Shown: positions 18,201-28,197 of the stretch, piece by piece
How positions within the stretch are numbered: position 1 is the first letter of the stretch
Layout: every line of letters starts with the position of its first letter
Source: a virus
DNA length: 64,000 bases
Direction: 5' to 3' (one strand)
IMG/VR virus record: IMGVR_UViG_3300045918_000157
Coordinates: 1-64,000 of that record
Program-made: the position numbers and the translations under genes
The notes under the pieces: generated by a model
What the model was told of the DNA's origin: nothing
Database searches by the model: none
Seen by the model: only the letters and a program-made list of their open reading frames with translations

Positions 18201-20506
18201 CAACAGGTGTTGCTGCCACTACTACAGGCCTATGGACCGCTGCGACTTTGTGGCTTACTGGCGCAATTGCTACCATGAATGCAGAGCTTGTTGCTATGGG
18301 TATAGGTTTGACTATCAGTACTGGAGGTCTTATCCTTGTTGCGGCAGCAGTAGTCACGGCAATTGGTTACGTATTCAAACTTGCGTCAGAGTACCAATCA
18401 GCAGGCACCGCTGCACAAGAGTCAGCTGCTAAGCAACTAAAAGCTGACGGTGACGTTGCAAAGAATAAGATAGGCTCTGCTGAGAGTATTATGAATAGCC
18501 AGAGGGACCAAGTAGCGGTAGAGTTAGCTTCACTTAGGACAATGGCTACTATTAAAAAGTCTAATGCAGAGATTGAGGCAAAGGCCTTAGTGGAGCAGAG
18601 GCTGGCTTTCGATGACCAAAAGGTTAAGAATTTCACATCGGAGAAGGAGCACCTTGACAAGGCTGCTGCACTACGTGCCACTATGGTTACAAAAGAGCAG
18701 GCTAATGCGAGGGTAGAGGGCGAGGCAATGATTACTCGCATCAACCAATGGGCAGATTTCAGGTTAGTACTTGCCGAAGTAGACGCCGATCTTGCTTCGG
18801 TTGATAAGGCTATGTCTAGTACAGGCGATCCTGTAGGTATGAAGGCATATCGGGCAGAGGCTGCTGAAAGACTTCGCATTAAGAAGGTTGAAATTGAGAC
18901 AGACAGGGATTTCAGAAGCCATAGTATACGTACTGATCTAGCATCAGTAGCTGTTTTAAGAAAAGATGCCGCTGATGCAGCAGCGAAAGACTCTGAACTT
19001 CAACGTAAAAAGCCTTCCGGTGTAGACACAGAAACTGCGGGTGATGTAACAAAAGCTGCTAAGGATGCTGCAACAGCCGCGAAAACTGCTGCAACGGCAG
19101 CTAAGGCAGCAGATAGAAAAGCTGCAGCAGAGCGTGTAGCAGAAGCTGACGACCTTGTTAAAGCAGAGATGCAGAAAAACAAGGATGCAGATAAAGCAAT
19201 GCTTGTAGACCGTAAGCAGTTCTACTCGGAGTTAAAGCAGCTTGAAGCTATGGGAAAAGTAACAAGTGCCGAAGCCGTTACGATTGAGATGCAAAAGGAG
19301 AATGAAGTCTTTGCTAAGCGTGAGAAAAACTATATAGATGAGTATGAGAAAGCTGCTAGACTCAGAAAGAATCACGTACTTGAGCAGACACGCATACTAG
19401 GCTTGTTAAATGCGGCATCTCAAGAACGCTTTGACAAAGAGCAGTCTTTAAGTAATCAGGCAGAGGTCATTGCTCATAAGGAAAAATTGCACAAGGCTGA
19501 TGCAATTGCTCAGGCAAAAGAGTACATAGACCTACTTAATAAACAGGCTGCAAGAGAGATAGCAGGCATAAGTGCTGGAGATAAGTCTAACGCTAATGAT
19601 ACTGCAATAAACGCAATTGAAGATAAAGGTATGGCCAAGTTGAGGCAGCTAGCCAGAGACAATGAGCTTGAAAAATATAAAACACTTCCAGCAGGCAGGT
19701 ATGAGTTTGACGTTAAGCAAGCAAAAGATGCTACCGAAGTAGAGTTGGCTATCTACAAAGAAAAGTACGCAAAGCTTCAGATAATTGAGCTAGATTGGCA
19801 AAAAGGCGCAGAGAAGGCCCTAAATAATTACCGTGACAAGTCCCGCGATGTATTTAAACAGACTGAGAGCCTCGTTACAAAAGCATTTCAAGGGATGGAA
19901 GATGCACTAGTCAGCTTTGCCATGACAGGCAAACTTGACTTCAAGAGCCTAGCTAACTCTGTTATATCTGATATGGTTCGTATGCAACTGCAGGCTTCAA
20001 TGGGTGGAAATAGCGGCGTTATGTCTTGGTTAGGCAAAGCTGTTGGAGCGTATTTTAGCGGAGGTTCAACTGCAGCAGCTAGTACTGCAGCTTCCACTAT
20101 TGAGTATACTGCAAAAGGGAATGTGTATAGTTCTAATAGCCTTAGTGCCTATTCAGGTCAAGTGCGTGACACACCTACACCATTTATGTTTGCTAGAGGT
20201 GCTGGTGTATTTGCTGAGGCAGGGCCTGAGGCGATCATGCCACTGACACGCGGAGCTAACGGAAAACTTGGTGTGCAGTCGTCCGGTACTGGCGGCACAG
20301 TTAATGTTACTGTTAATGTTATTGAAGATAGGTCGAAAGCTGGTACACAGCAGACTAGACAAGATAGTGGTGGTGCAAGCGTTATTGATGTATTTGTTGA
20401 AAAGGTTAAGTCCTCGATAGCAACTGACATCAATCGTGGTTCCGGGTCAGTACCAAATGCAATGTCAACAACTTATGGTCTTAACCGAGTAGCAGGAGCT
20501 TACTAA
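15239..20506 (+). CDS. tape measure protein
   Basis: 1755 aa, Ala-rich and helical, with TP901-type core (GIRGTAAGTSWR) and lambda-type C-terminus (KLDFKSLANSVISD, AEAGPEAIMPL). Confidence 0.93.
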   Translation: MSDILINTQEIQAEVAQVEKSLEKLTKVIRALDSAKINSIQAELKKLSSSSATEVQQMAANIQSALDMAIDIQKNHSAKSLGITRDQYSQMLAGARANVSEVAAAEKVGYDQRLAAQMAFDLQKTQAAFGAFRVARRASEDAAIAKETSDMKELVQAKVHSKEMIQVEVNKALAIAQANGSYFTRYNPTDMSKSGARVNMFGATKDAKDGIVASGDYSSLDSGRVFRIRNAEALMNMPSKEDWLFATAKAAEEASVFAKAAQLQVKSATIQASGDYSSLSSGRTFRIRNAELLMNMPSKEEWLFATAKAAEEANASAKAAQIQVKAATIGAVGEYSGLASGRLFRIRNAELFMNMPSKEEWLFATAKAADEATASARSAQAQVKAATIAAGGDYSSLASGRMFRIKNAELFMNMPSKEEWLFATAKAVAEAEAATKLARAQVAAATNSATGMYQRYSTTTGLSGGLVNSAATANAAAAATAAGAAAAAALPHTEALGGAFRKLTVDGNDLHSMARGLSMGFGQMALTYGSILPLLAGAAISLSFAKSVKDGVKFAETLFAIGELAGVAGKDLANMTDTVLSMGQSTQYGPLQLAEGIKVLSLAGLKAGEAMDALKPTLNFAAAGDVKLEAAAATLVSVATAYKYSAKDFSAVGDIIAKTAADTMASVTDMSEAFKTSSVLAQQYGISLMDTATALGMLAQIGIRGTAAGTSWRNMMTEFNKESGKAAASVKYLSIEMKNLETGAARPIMDIMQELSAKLVVKTSKAQDSILQDMTNERGNKATAAFQADVLAMVNKTNPLLREQADYYYKIGKNLEGDKVNIDAVNSAYVKMREKTSEDQAGMPGFAFLKNLEGQFTPLKQYEGALASLETAFVKAFGAGEGALMDLGLLLRATFNSADFQATISAMVGGVSSAMLTLASVTKTAADLIKFAMQDSLIAIGVVIGAYGLYSVAAGFAATSTAWLASVIVANTAVTATSAAATGVAATATGVAATTTGLWTAATLWLTGAIATMNAELVAMGIGLTISTGGLILVAAAVVTAIGYVFKLASEYQSAGTAAQESAAKQLKADGDVAKNKIGSAESIMNSQRDQVAVELASLRTMATIKKSNAEIEAKALVEQRLAFDDQKVKNFTSEKEHLDKAAALRATMVTKEQANARVEGEAMITRINQWADFRLVLAEVDADLASVDKAMSSTGDPVGMKAYRAEAAERLRIKKVEIETDRDFRSHSIRTDLASVAVLRKDAADAAAKDSELQRKKPSGVDTETAGDVTKAAKDAATAAKTAATAAKAADRKAAAERVAEADDLVKAEMQKNKDADKAMLVDRKQFYSELKQLEAMGKVTSAEAVTIEMQKENEVFAKREKNYIDEYEKAARLRKNHVLEQTRILGLLNAASQERFDKEQSLSNQAEVIAHKEKLHKADAIAQAKEYIDLLNKQAAREIAGISAGDKSNANDTAINAIEDKGMAKLRQLARDNELEKYKTLPAGRYEFDVKQAKDATEVELAIYKEKYAKLQIIELDWQKGAEKALNNYRDKSRDVFKQTESLVTKAFQGMEDALVSFAMTGKLDFKSLANSVISDMVRMQLQASMGGNSGVMSWLGKAVGAYFSGGSTAAASTAASTIEYTAKGNVYSSNSLSAYSGQVRDTPTPFMFARGAGVFAEAGPEAIMPLTRGANGKLGVQSSGTGGTVNVTVNVIEDRSKAGTQQTRQDSGGASVIDVFVEKVKSSIATDINRGSGSVPNAMSTTYGLNRVAGAY
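15881..16588 (+). repeat. four tandem 177-bp (59-aa) repeats inside the tape measure gene
   Basis: Units start at 15881, 16058, 16235 and 16412 with consensus GDYSSL.SGR.FRIRNAEL.MNMPSKEEWLFATAKAA. Confidence 0.95.
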
Positions 20507-20507
20507 A

Positions 20508-20861
20508 ATGGCATCATGGCCCTCTACTCTACCAGCACCTCTATCTAATGGATACGAGATAAAACCACAAGAGCAGGTTATCAGGACTGATATGGAGAAA
20601 GGGCCTGCAAGAGTAAGGCATGTGACTACAGCAAATACTGATAGGGTAAAGTTAGGTTGGGAGATGACAGACGAGCAATTAGCCATTTATCGTCCATGGT
20701 TTAAAACAGACATAGCCGGTGGTGCTATGTGGTTTACAATCAGTCTTGTTGTAGGAACTATAGGATTTAAAGAGATGTCGGCAAGGTTTGTTGGAGTCCC
20801 CAATATAGTCTATCTCCCTGTATTACGCTGGCTTGTTACTGGCGAAGTGGAATTACGCTGA
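20508..20861 (+). CDS. minor tail / distal tail protein
   Basis: WPSTLP...IRTDMEKGPAR.R motif directly after the tape measure gene. Confidence 0.75.
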   Translation: MASWPSTLPAPLSNGYEIKPQEQVIRTDMEKGPARVRHVTTANTDRVKLGWEMTDEQLAIYRPWFKTDIAGGAMWFTISLVVGTIGFKEMSARFVGVPNIVYLPVLRWLVTGEVELR

Positions 20862-21385
20862 TGCCTGATAGTGTTTTGTCACAAGCTATACGTGAAGCCT
20901 ATGCTAGCGCGCCTGCTGGCGTAATTATCTATCACACTATCGAACTCAGACATCCAGCGTTTGATGCGCCAATTAGGGTTGTACACGATACTGTAGACCT
21001 ATCAGCGACACTTGAATCAACAGCAGCAGTTAATCCCGGTGAATTAGTAGACTTCATTGCATTTGCATTTGACTTTACAAAGCCAGAGGTTAACTCTGTT
21101 GGTATACCTCAAATAACTATTGAAATTGACAACGTAGATAGGAGTATTGTTGCTAATATTGAGGCGTCAATTGCCACTACAGATTTGGTTCAATGCACAT
21201 ATAGAGAATTTATTAGTACTGACCTAAGTGCACCACAAAATAATCCGCCACTAACCATGACTATTATGAGTGTTAGCGCCACGACTATGAGGGTGTCAGC
21301 AGTAGCAAGTTTTCCAAACTTGATGAATATTCGATTTCCTACAACCGAGTTTGACACAACAGTATTTCCGGGACTTGCTCCGTGA
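20861..21385 (+). CDS. DUF1833-like minor tail protein
   Basis: EAYASAP...TIELRHP...IEIDNV...FPGL signature. Confidence 0.75.
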   Translation: MPDSVLSQAIREAYASAPAGVIIYHTIELRHPAFDAPIRVVHDTVDLSATLESTAAVNPGELVDFIAFAFDFTKPEVNSVGIPQITIEIDNVDRSIVANIEASIATTDLVQCTYREFISTDLSAPQNNPPLTMTIMSVSATTMRVSAVASFPNLMNIRFPTTEFDTTVFPGLAP

Positions 21386-21771
21386 TCTTTGCAGACTACA
21401 TCGGAATTCCATGGGTAGCAGGCGCGCAAGGCCCTGATGCCTACGACTGTATGGGGTTCTTTCGGCGTCTTCAGGGAGAACACTTTGGCATTGCTGTACC
21501 TACAATCATTGCACCCGACTACGATGATCCTGCCTGCCTTGTGCAGCTTTTTGGCACGCATGAAGAACGCAGGCGTTGGCCTCGTATCGACAAGCCTGAG
21601 CATGGGTGTGCTGTAATAATACGAAACCCACTACATATAGGCACTTGGCTACAAATAGACGGCGGTGGTGTACTGCACTCAGTGCGTGGAGTTGGAGTTA
21701 TTTTTACACATGATGCTGCATGGGCTACTAGTGGGTTCGGTAATCGTGAGTTTTTTAGGTTCAGCAAATGA
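21382..21771 (+). CDS. NlpC/P60 tail-tip peptidase
   Basis: YIGIPW...YDC catalytic Cys, HIG His and VLHS. Confidence 0.85.
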   Translation: MIFADYIGIPWVAGAQGPDAYDCMGFFRRLQGEHFGIAVPTIIAPDYDDPACLVQLFGTHEERRRWPRIDKPEHGCAVIIRNPLHIGTWLQIDGGGVLHSVRGVGVIFTHDAAWATSGFGNREFFRFSK

Positions 21772-24700
21772 GTACGGTCGTCTACCTAAAAAATGCGATG
21801 CTTCCGCAGGCGCGTGAGGTACTGAATACAGAGCCTAATACTATTCACGCACTCGCACCTATAGACTGGAATAGGCCTTTTGTAGCCTTTCTTGACGGTC
21901 AACCCGTATTACGTGCAGAGTGGGAACTTGTACTCGAAGAGGGCCATGACCTAGCTTTTATTGACGTTAACGCTCTACCTCAAGGTGGTGGTGGAGGCTC
22001 TAAAGCTGTTCTAGCTGTAGTGCTTATAGCAGCCTTGACGTATTTCTCGGGAGGTATGGCAGCAGGTTTATACAGTGGTATGGGCGGGACATTTGTGGCT
22101 GCTAATGCTGGTATGGTTATAGCAGGCCTACAGGTAGGTATAATTTTTGCAGGTTCTGCATTAATTAACGCTATGCTACCACCGCCAAAAGCTACATCAG
22201 CGCAGCAACAGGCCGCACTGGCAGCAGCAAGTCCAACCTATAGTTTAGGTGCACAAGGTAACAGCGCTAGGCTTGAATCGGCAATTACTGAGCATTTTGG
22301 TAGACATATAGCATTCCCTGATTTTGGCTCACAGCCTTATCAAGAGTTCGCCAACAACCAGCAGTATCTTTATCAGCTTTTAGTGATAGGCAGAGGTCAA
22401 TATGCCATAGAGTCAGTGAGGATTGAAGACTCTCTAGTAGGCTCATTTGAGGATATTAGCTATGAGGTTAAAGGTCCGGGTGAGGCTGTAACGCTGTTTC
22501 CTGTTAATGTAGTTAGTAGTATTGAAGTTGCTGGACAGCAGCTTACATGCTATGCTGGAGCATATACTGCGGCAGGGTTTGATGTAGTTGTCACAGCAAT
22601 GGCTCACGGGCTTGCTACAGGCATGACAGTCTTCATAGACTTTTTAGTAGACTCTACTGCAGGCTATCTAGCTGGCGGAGAGTGGATAGAAGGACATAGT
22701 GAGTCAACTGGCTCCGGTGATAATGACTATGCTTATTGGGTTGATGGCCATTTTAATCCAGTATACACAGTACCACCTGTAGTTGTAGCAGCTGATGGCA
22801 GCTACATTGTTACTATATTAGATGCTGATAGGTTCTCTATTACGGCTTCGTCATCTGTAAATAGTAGTGGGGCCTGTAATATATCTCCGTGGATTGGAGG
22901 GTTTATTGCATCGGCAGCTGATACCCTGACCAATTACTTAGGCTTTGATTTCATTTGCCCTAAGGGACTATATTACGCCAATGATGATGGTAGCCTTGGG
23001 CAAGTGGCATTGCACGTACACGCACAGGCAAGACTAGTTGATAGCGCAACAGGTGCGCCAATATCAGGTGTATGGTTTGATGTCGTATCGAAGGTGTACG
23101 CAGGAGCAACTACAACACCACAAGCAAATTCGGAACGTGTGCAGGTAACGCAAGGTCGCTATCAAGTTCGTGCACGTAGGGTTGACGTTGAACAGACCTC
23201 CACTCGATACGGTCACAGCGTAACGTGGGCAGGTCTTAGGTGCTATCTGCATGATACAAGAACGTTTGGAGATGTTACTGTAATAGCTATGCGTATGAAG
23301 GCCAGTAATAATCTTAGCGCACAGGCATCTAGGAAAGTTAATGTTATTGCTACTAGGAAGTTACCTATATGGAATGGCAGTTCGTGGAGTGACTTGACGC
23401 CTACAACGTCGATAGCATGGGCATTGGCCTATGCTTGTAAGCAGGTAGGCATGACAGACCAACAAATTGATCTAGCAACTCTTCTTACACTGGATTCGGT
23501 ATGGGCTGCACGCGGGGATCAATTTAATGCGCGCTTCGATAATTTCCTGAGCTTTTGGGAGGCTGTGACAAAAATAGCTCAAGCTGGACGCACTAAACCT
23601 TTTATGCAGGGGGGTGTTATACGGTTTAAGCGCGATCAAGCTCAAACACTGCCAGTTGCTATGTTCTCTATGCGGAATATATCAAAGGGAAGTTTCGCAA
23701 TAGACTACCTAATGCCGACTAATGAAACAGCAGACGCTGTTGATGTAAAGTATTTTGATCAATCTACATGGGCACAGGCAAAGGTACAAGCAAAACTTCC
23801 ATCAAGCCTGTCAGTTAAGCCTGCTAAGGTAGAGCTTTTTGGAGTTACAGATAGGAATCATGCTCATAGAGAAGGCATGTACCAAGCTGCCAGCAATCGC
23901 TACCGTAGGAGGATGGTAAAGTTTGGCGCTGAGATGGATGGCTTTATCCCAAGTTACGGAGACTTGATTGCTATTCAGCATGATATGCCGGGTTGGGGTC
24001 AGAGTGGAGAATTGGCAGCAGTAAATACTGCAACTAACCTATTAAGGTACTCAGGCCAACTTGATAATCCTGTGTGGGAAAAGTCACTAGGTGCTGCAGT
24101 TACACCAAATGCAGCTATGGCGCAAGATGGAACTATGACGGCAGCGCTTGTAAACTTTAGTAGTTCGGCAAGCATATTAAGACAAGGAGTACCTACAACT
24201 GCAGGTTTAACTTATACCTTATCTTTTTGGGCAAAGTCTGTTATAGGTGATCCCGGAATACTATGCGACTTTGGTGATGGGATGTCTGTTCCAGCGGTGC
24301 TATCCAGTAATTTGACAAATTTTAGTTTCACAAAAACTGCTACATCAAGTCCACATATTGATATAGCAATGAAAGGTGCTGCGCAAATTATCATATCTGG
24401 AGTACAACTTGAGTTAGGCTCTTTTGCGACACCGACTATTAAGACAGTTGATACGGCTGTTACACAACAGACTCTAACGTTAAGTGAAATTCCAGAGTGG
24501 GGAGAGGGTACGCATAATATCGCTTTACGTAGGCGAGATGGTACTGTGTCCGGCCCTTACACCGTTTTACCGTCTATTTATGACGGTCACCAAGTAATTA
24601 TCGGCGCTTCTGATTTTGTGCCGTACATAGGCGATAGTGAAGAGAGGACGCACTATGCGTTTGGTTGGGCTGAAACTTACCGTACCCGTGCGCTAATATT

Positions 24701-27125
24701 ATCCATAAAACCAGATGGTATACATAAAGTAAGCATTGAAGCTGTAGTTGAAGACGATAACGTGCATACAGCAGAGAGCGGGGTTATAGCTCCACCAATG
24801 GTTACTAGCCAGCTTACAGGGTACACCAGTAAGCCAGTAGTGACTGGTCTTACCGCAAGATTTGCGTTTAACGTGAAGAATAAGGCAGTTATTACCTGGA
24901 ACCCTAGCCCTTGGGCAGACCACTACCTTGTGGAGATGTCCGAGGGCAATGGAGCTTGGCAACGAGTTGGAGAAACTGGTGCAACCAATTTTGTAGCAAC
25001 AGCTGTCTACGGAAAAAATACTATTGTCAGGGTTGCTGCGGTAGGTATGGCTAAAGGTATGTGGTCGCAAACCACAATAACAGTTGTACGACCATTTGAT
25101 GTTATTAGCGCTTCCTATACAATTTTACCGACTGGTATTAAGCTAAAGTGGTCAGTGTGGCCGGAAGTCGCTACTTATGAAATTAGAGTTGGTGGAGACT
25201 CATGGGAGACTGCTGTAAATGTTGCCAGTCTTCAGGCTTCCGAGTATATGTGGGCAATGCAACAAGCCGGAACACTGGTTATTAGGATTAAGGCTGTAGA
25301 TGTCAACGGAAACTATAGCAGTACATCACGAGATGTAAATGTTATTGTGCCAGCACCTTCTGCACCAGCTATGACTTATGAGCTAGCAGGGCCTGATGAA
25401 GTCCTTCGCTGGTCTATTCCAACTAGCGGCTTTTTGGTAGATAGGTATGAGATACGACACGGCGCAACATGGGCACTTGGTACATTGCTTAGCACTACAA
25501 AGTCAACATCTCATAGACGGAAGGCTGATTTTGGTGGTGATAGGATTTACTGGATTGCAGCTATAGACGTTATAGGTAACGTTGGTGCAGCAGGAACTGT
25601 CACTATCAGAATAGCAAGTCCCGGCTCTGTTCCAAATATGCGTGTAGATGTTATTGACAATAACGCTCTTATCTATTGGGGTACGCCGCTTACTGGAAGT
25701 CTTCCTATTGATAGGTATGAGGCTCGTAAGGGTGCTGCATGGGCTGATGCAGTTGTGATTGGCAGTAATGGAAATAGTACATTTACTACTGTTTTTGAAC
25801 AGCAGAGTGGTATTTACAACTACTGGATTACAGCTGTAGACAGCGCTGGCAACTTTGGCATACCCATATCAGTTCAGGCGATGATTAATCAGCCTCCTGA
25901 CTATGTTTTACGCGCTAGTATTGATAGCAATTTTGAGGGTGGTAATACTAATAGCCTTAGCTATACTGACAAGGCTTCTGACGTTACAGTGTTTAATGGG
26001 CTGCAAGCTACAAGAGCTATCGGTACTGGATATGGAAGTGTTAGAGGGGTTACTGGATTAAGCAATGTCAAAGACTATTGGGAAGTTACAGTACTTTCTG
26101 GTGCTGATATTCTTATTGGAATAGGAAAAGCAGCTGCTAATCTAAATATTTATGTTGGCCTTGACGAAAATGGTTATGGATATTGGAGCGCAGATGGAAC
26201 TTCTAGGTATGCAGGGGCCACTTCAGCACCGCTTGGTGAAGCATGGGGTATAGGAGATACTATTGGATTAGCTGTAGACCTCACACTCGGTGCAAATTCC
26301 ATTGTTACATTCTTCAAGAATGGAACGCAGCAAGGGCCTTCTAAGATTGTTGGAGTAGGACCGTGGTTTCCAATGTTGTCACTACCGTCAGCTAGCGCCA
26401 ATCTACTATGTAATTTTGGGGGTACTAAATTTGCCTATGCACCACCGACAGGGTATGATGGAAGAGTTAACGTTGTAGATGATGTCTCTAGTTTGCTGTT
26501 ACCAATCAACACAACGGAGTCATGGAGTGAACACTATACTGTAAATGGGTTTGCTACGCCTGATGCACAGGTTGTAGCAGGCTTTCCAATATATATCAAC
26601 CCAAGCCTGACGATTGGTAGCTATACAGAGGTAATTGACTACGGTAGCAATTTACCGGCAACAAATGTAACTGTCCTACTAAGCTCTACAGTTATCTCTG
26701 GTACAGTTGGCATTAGTTGCACTATTAGCTACAAACTGCTATCGGGGGATGTGTGGATTGACGGCCCTGTTGGTGCTACTTCTATGTTGGCCACTAACTT
26801 CAGATACATTAAAGTTGCGTATACGTTTACTGCAACGGCGGGAGCCAACTTGCTCAGAGCTAATAGCTTAAGTATAAAGTTAAGCATTAAGCAACGTGGA
26901 GATAATGGTGCTGGCATAGCAGCTATTGGAGGTACTACGGTAAACTTTGGTTATCCGTTCTTATCGGCTGATACGCCAACAGTGCAGCCAAATGGCAGTG
27001 TACCACTGATTCCAGTAGTAATATATGCTGGTGGTGTAAGCCCAACTAGTTTTATAGTTAGACTTTATAATCTAGCTGGCACTGATGTCGGTGGTAGTTT
27101 CTCTTGGACTGTGAAAGGTTATTAA
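21768..27125 (+). CDS. central tail fibre / host specificity protein (TipJ-like) with FN3, SPRY and other inserted modules
   Basis: 1785 aa. QYLYQLLVIGRG and TRKLP TipJ motifs, repeated FN3-like Y.I.A.D..GN units, SPRY-like segment near 26.0-26.46 kb. Confidence 0.88.
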   Translation: MSTVVYLKNAMLPQAREVLNTEPNTIHALAPIDWNRPFVAFLDGQPVLRAEWELVLEEGHDLAFIDVNALPQGGGGGSKAVLAVVLIAALTYFSGGMAAGLYSGMGGTFVAANAGMVIAGLQVGIIFAGSALINAMLPPPKATSAQQQAALAAASPTYSLGAQGNSARLESAITEHFGRHIAFPDFGSQPYQEFANNQQYLYQLLVIGRGQYAIESVRIEDSLVGSFEDISYEVKGPGEAVTLFPVNVVSSIEVAGQQLTCYAGAYTAAGFDVVVTAMAHGLATGMTVFIDFLVDSTAGYLAGGEWIEGHSESTGSGDNDYAYWVDGHFNPVYTVPPVVVAADGSYIVTILDADRFSITASSSVNSSGACNISPWIGGFIASAADTLTNYLGFDFICPKGLYYANDDGSLGQVALHVHAQARLVDSATGAPISGVWFDVVSKVYAGATTTPQANSERVQVTQGRYQVRARRVDVEQTSTRYGHSVTWAGLRCYLHDTRTFGDVTVIAMRMKASNNLSAQASRKVNVIATRKLPIWNGSSWSDLTPTTSIAWALAYACKQVGMTDQQIDLATLLTLDSVWAARGDQFNARFDNFLSFWEAVTKIAQAGRTKPFMQGGVIRFKRDQAQTLPVAMFSMRNISKGSFAIDYLMPTNETADAVDVKYFDQSTWAQAKVQAKLPSSLSVKPAKVELFGVTDRNHAHREGMYQAASNRYRRRMVKFGAEMDGFIPSYGDLIAIQHDMPGWGQSGELAAVNTATNLLRYSGQLDNPVWEKSLGAAVTPNAAMAQDGTMTAALVNFSSSASILRQGVPTTAGLTYTLSFWAKSVIGDPGILCDFGDGMSVPAVLSSNLTNFSFTKTATSSPHIDIAMKGAAQIIISGVQLELGSFATPTIKTVDTAVTQQTLTLSEIPEWGEGTHNIALRRRDGTVSGPYTVLPSIYDGHQVIIGASDFVPYIGDSEERTHYAFGWAETYRTRALILSIKPDGIHKVSIEAVVEDDNVHTAESGVIAPPMVTSQLTGYTSKPVVTGLTARFAFNVKNKAVITWNPSPWADHYLVEMSEGNGAWQRVGETGATNFVATAVYGKNTIVRVAAVGMAKGMWSQTTITVVRPFDVISASYTILPTGIKLKWSVWPEVATYEIRVGGDSWETAVNVASLQASEYMWAMQQAGTLVIRIKAVDVNGNYSSTSRDVNVIVPAPSAPAMTYELAGPDEVLRWSIPTSGFLVDRYEIRHGATWALGTLLSTTKSTSHRRKADFGGDRIYWIAAIDVIGNVGAAGTVTIRIASPGSVPNMRVDVIDNNALIYWGTPLTGSLPIDRYEARKGAAWADAVVIGSNGNSTFTTVFEQQSGIYNYWITAVDSAGNFGIPISVQAMINQPPDYVLRASIDSNFEGGNTNSLSYTDKASDVTVFNGLQATRAIGTGYGSVRGVTGLSNVKDYWEVTVLSGADILIGIGKAAANLNIYVGLDENGYGYWSADGTSRYAGATSAPLGEAWGIGDTIGLAVDLTLGANSIVTFFKNGTQQGPSKIVGVGPWFPMLSLPSASANLLCNFGGTKFAYAPPTGYDGRVNVVDDVSSLLLPINTTESWSEHYTVNGFATPDAQVVAGFPIYINPSLTIGSYTEVIDYGSNLPATNVTVLLSSTVISGTVGISCTISYKLLSGDVWIDGPVGATSMLATNFRYIKVAYTFTATAGANLLRANSLSIKLSIKQRGDNGAGIAAIGGTTVNFGYPFLSADTPTVQPNGSVPLIPVVIYAGGVSPTSFIVRLYNLAGTDVGGSFSWTVKGY

Positions 27126-28196
27126 ATGTCAACCGACTTCCTCAAGCCTATAATTTCTGATAACTATGCACTGTTGTTACCAGCGCTTAATACTACGCTT
27201 AATGAAATAGCAAAAGGGTTCGACCCTTCGACTACAGGTACAAAGATCAATACACCCACAGGATGTATTCAGTGGAACTCTGCTGCAAAAAAGTGGCAGA
27301 AATATAACGGCATAAGTTGGGCTGATTTAGAAGCACTATACTCTATAAATATTAGTGGGAATGCAGCTACAGCCAGTGTAGCAAAAGCAGCTACTTTGGG
27401 GTATTTTACGGCTGCGTCATTAGCTGAACCAAAGCTTGAGCTTCACAAGATTGGCGCAATTGCTGCTATGTGGCACATAGGTGCAGGAGACAAGATTGGT
27501 CTAGTACAGACAACAGGTAACGGTGTTGCAACTGGTGCAGATGTGATTACTATTGATGTCAATACTGGAGCTATTACAGCACCCTCTTTTATTGGGACTG
27601 CTTCTCAACTGAGTAGTACACAACAGGTTAATCCGATAATAGGGAAGTCGGCAGCAATTACTATGGCTCTTGGCGCTACAGCCGCTGGTAGTTTTACAGC
27701 TAGAAGTTCTGGTGCTGGCGATGGTAATTTAGCAGGTTATACGCTATACCACGACAGCTACGCTACCCACCTTGCAGTGCGTGGAGATGGATACGTAGGT
27801 ATTGGTGGATGGTCGCGTGCAGCATGGTCTTGGTATACAGACCCCTCTGGTAATATGGTTGCAGCTGGCAATGTGACAGCCTATTCGGACCCTAGGCTTA
27901 AAGAGAACATAAGACCTATAGAAGACTCTGTACATAAACTATGCAAGCTGAATGGTGTACACTTTACGTGGAGAAAAAACATTCAGCATGTGGAAGCCAA
28001 GGCTGGAAAGCCTGACATTGGGATACTTGCTAATGACGTAGAGGCTGTGTTTCCAGAAATAGTAACAGAGTCAATTGCAATTGATGGTGAACGCTACAAG
28101 ATGGTAGCTTATGAGAAATTGATACCAGTCCTGATTGAGGCGGTTAAAGAGCAGCAGAGGCAGATATTGCTACTTCAACAGTTGATAGGGTCTTGA
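27126..28196 (+). CDS. tail fibre with C-terminal intramolecular chaperone (peptidase S74)
   Basis: YSDPRLKENI cleavage motif, GILANDVE..FPE and VAYEKLIPVLIEAVKEQ. Confidence 0.85.
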   Translation: MSTDFLKPIISDNYALLLPALNTTLNEIAKGFDPSTTGTKINTPTGCIQWNSAAKKWQKYNGISWADLEALYSINISGNAATASVAKAATLGYFTAASLAEPKLELHKIGAIAAMWHIGAGDKIGLVQTTGNGVATGADVITIDVNTGAITAPSFIGTASQLSSTQQVNPIIGKSAAITMALGATAAGSFTARSSGAGDGNLAGYTLYHDSYATHLAVRGDGYVGIGGWSRAAWSWYTDPSGNMVAAGNVTAYSDPRLKENIRPIEDSVHKLCKLNGVHFTWRKNIQHVEAKAGKPDIGILANDVEAVFPEIVTESIAIDGERYKMVAYEKLIPVLIEAVKEQQRQILLLQQLIGS

Positions 28197-28197
28197 T

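Noticed and set aside
18170-18222. 21-bp tandem repeat (ATGVAAT) in the tape measure gene, and similar short duplications at about 10444-10483 and 1540-1585
   Set aside because: Ordinary low-complexity coding duplications.
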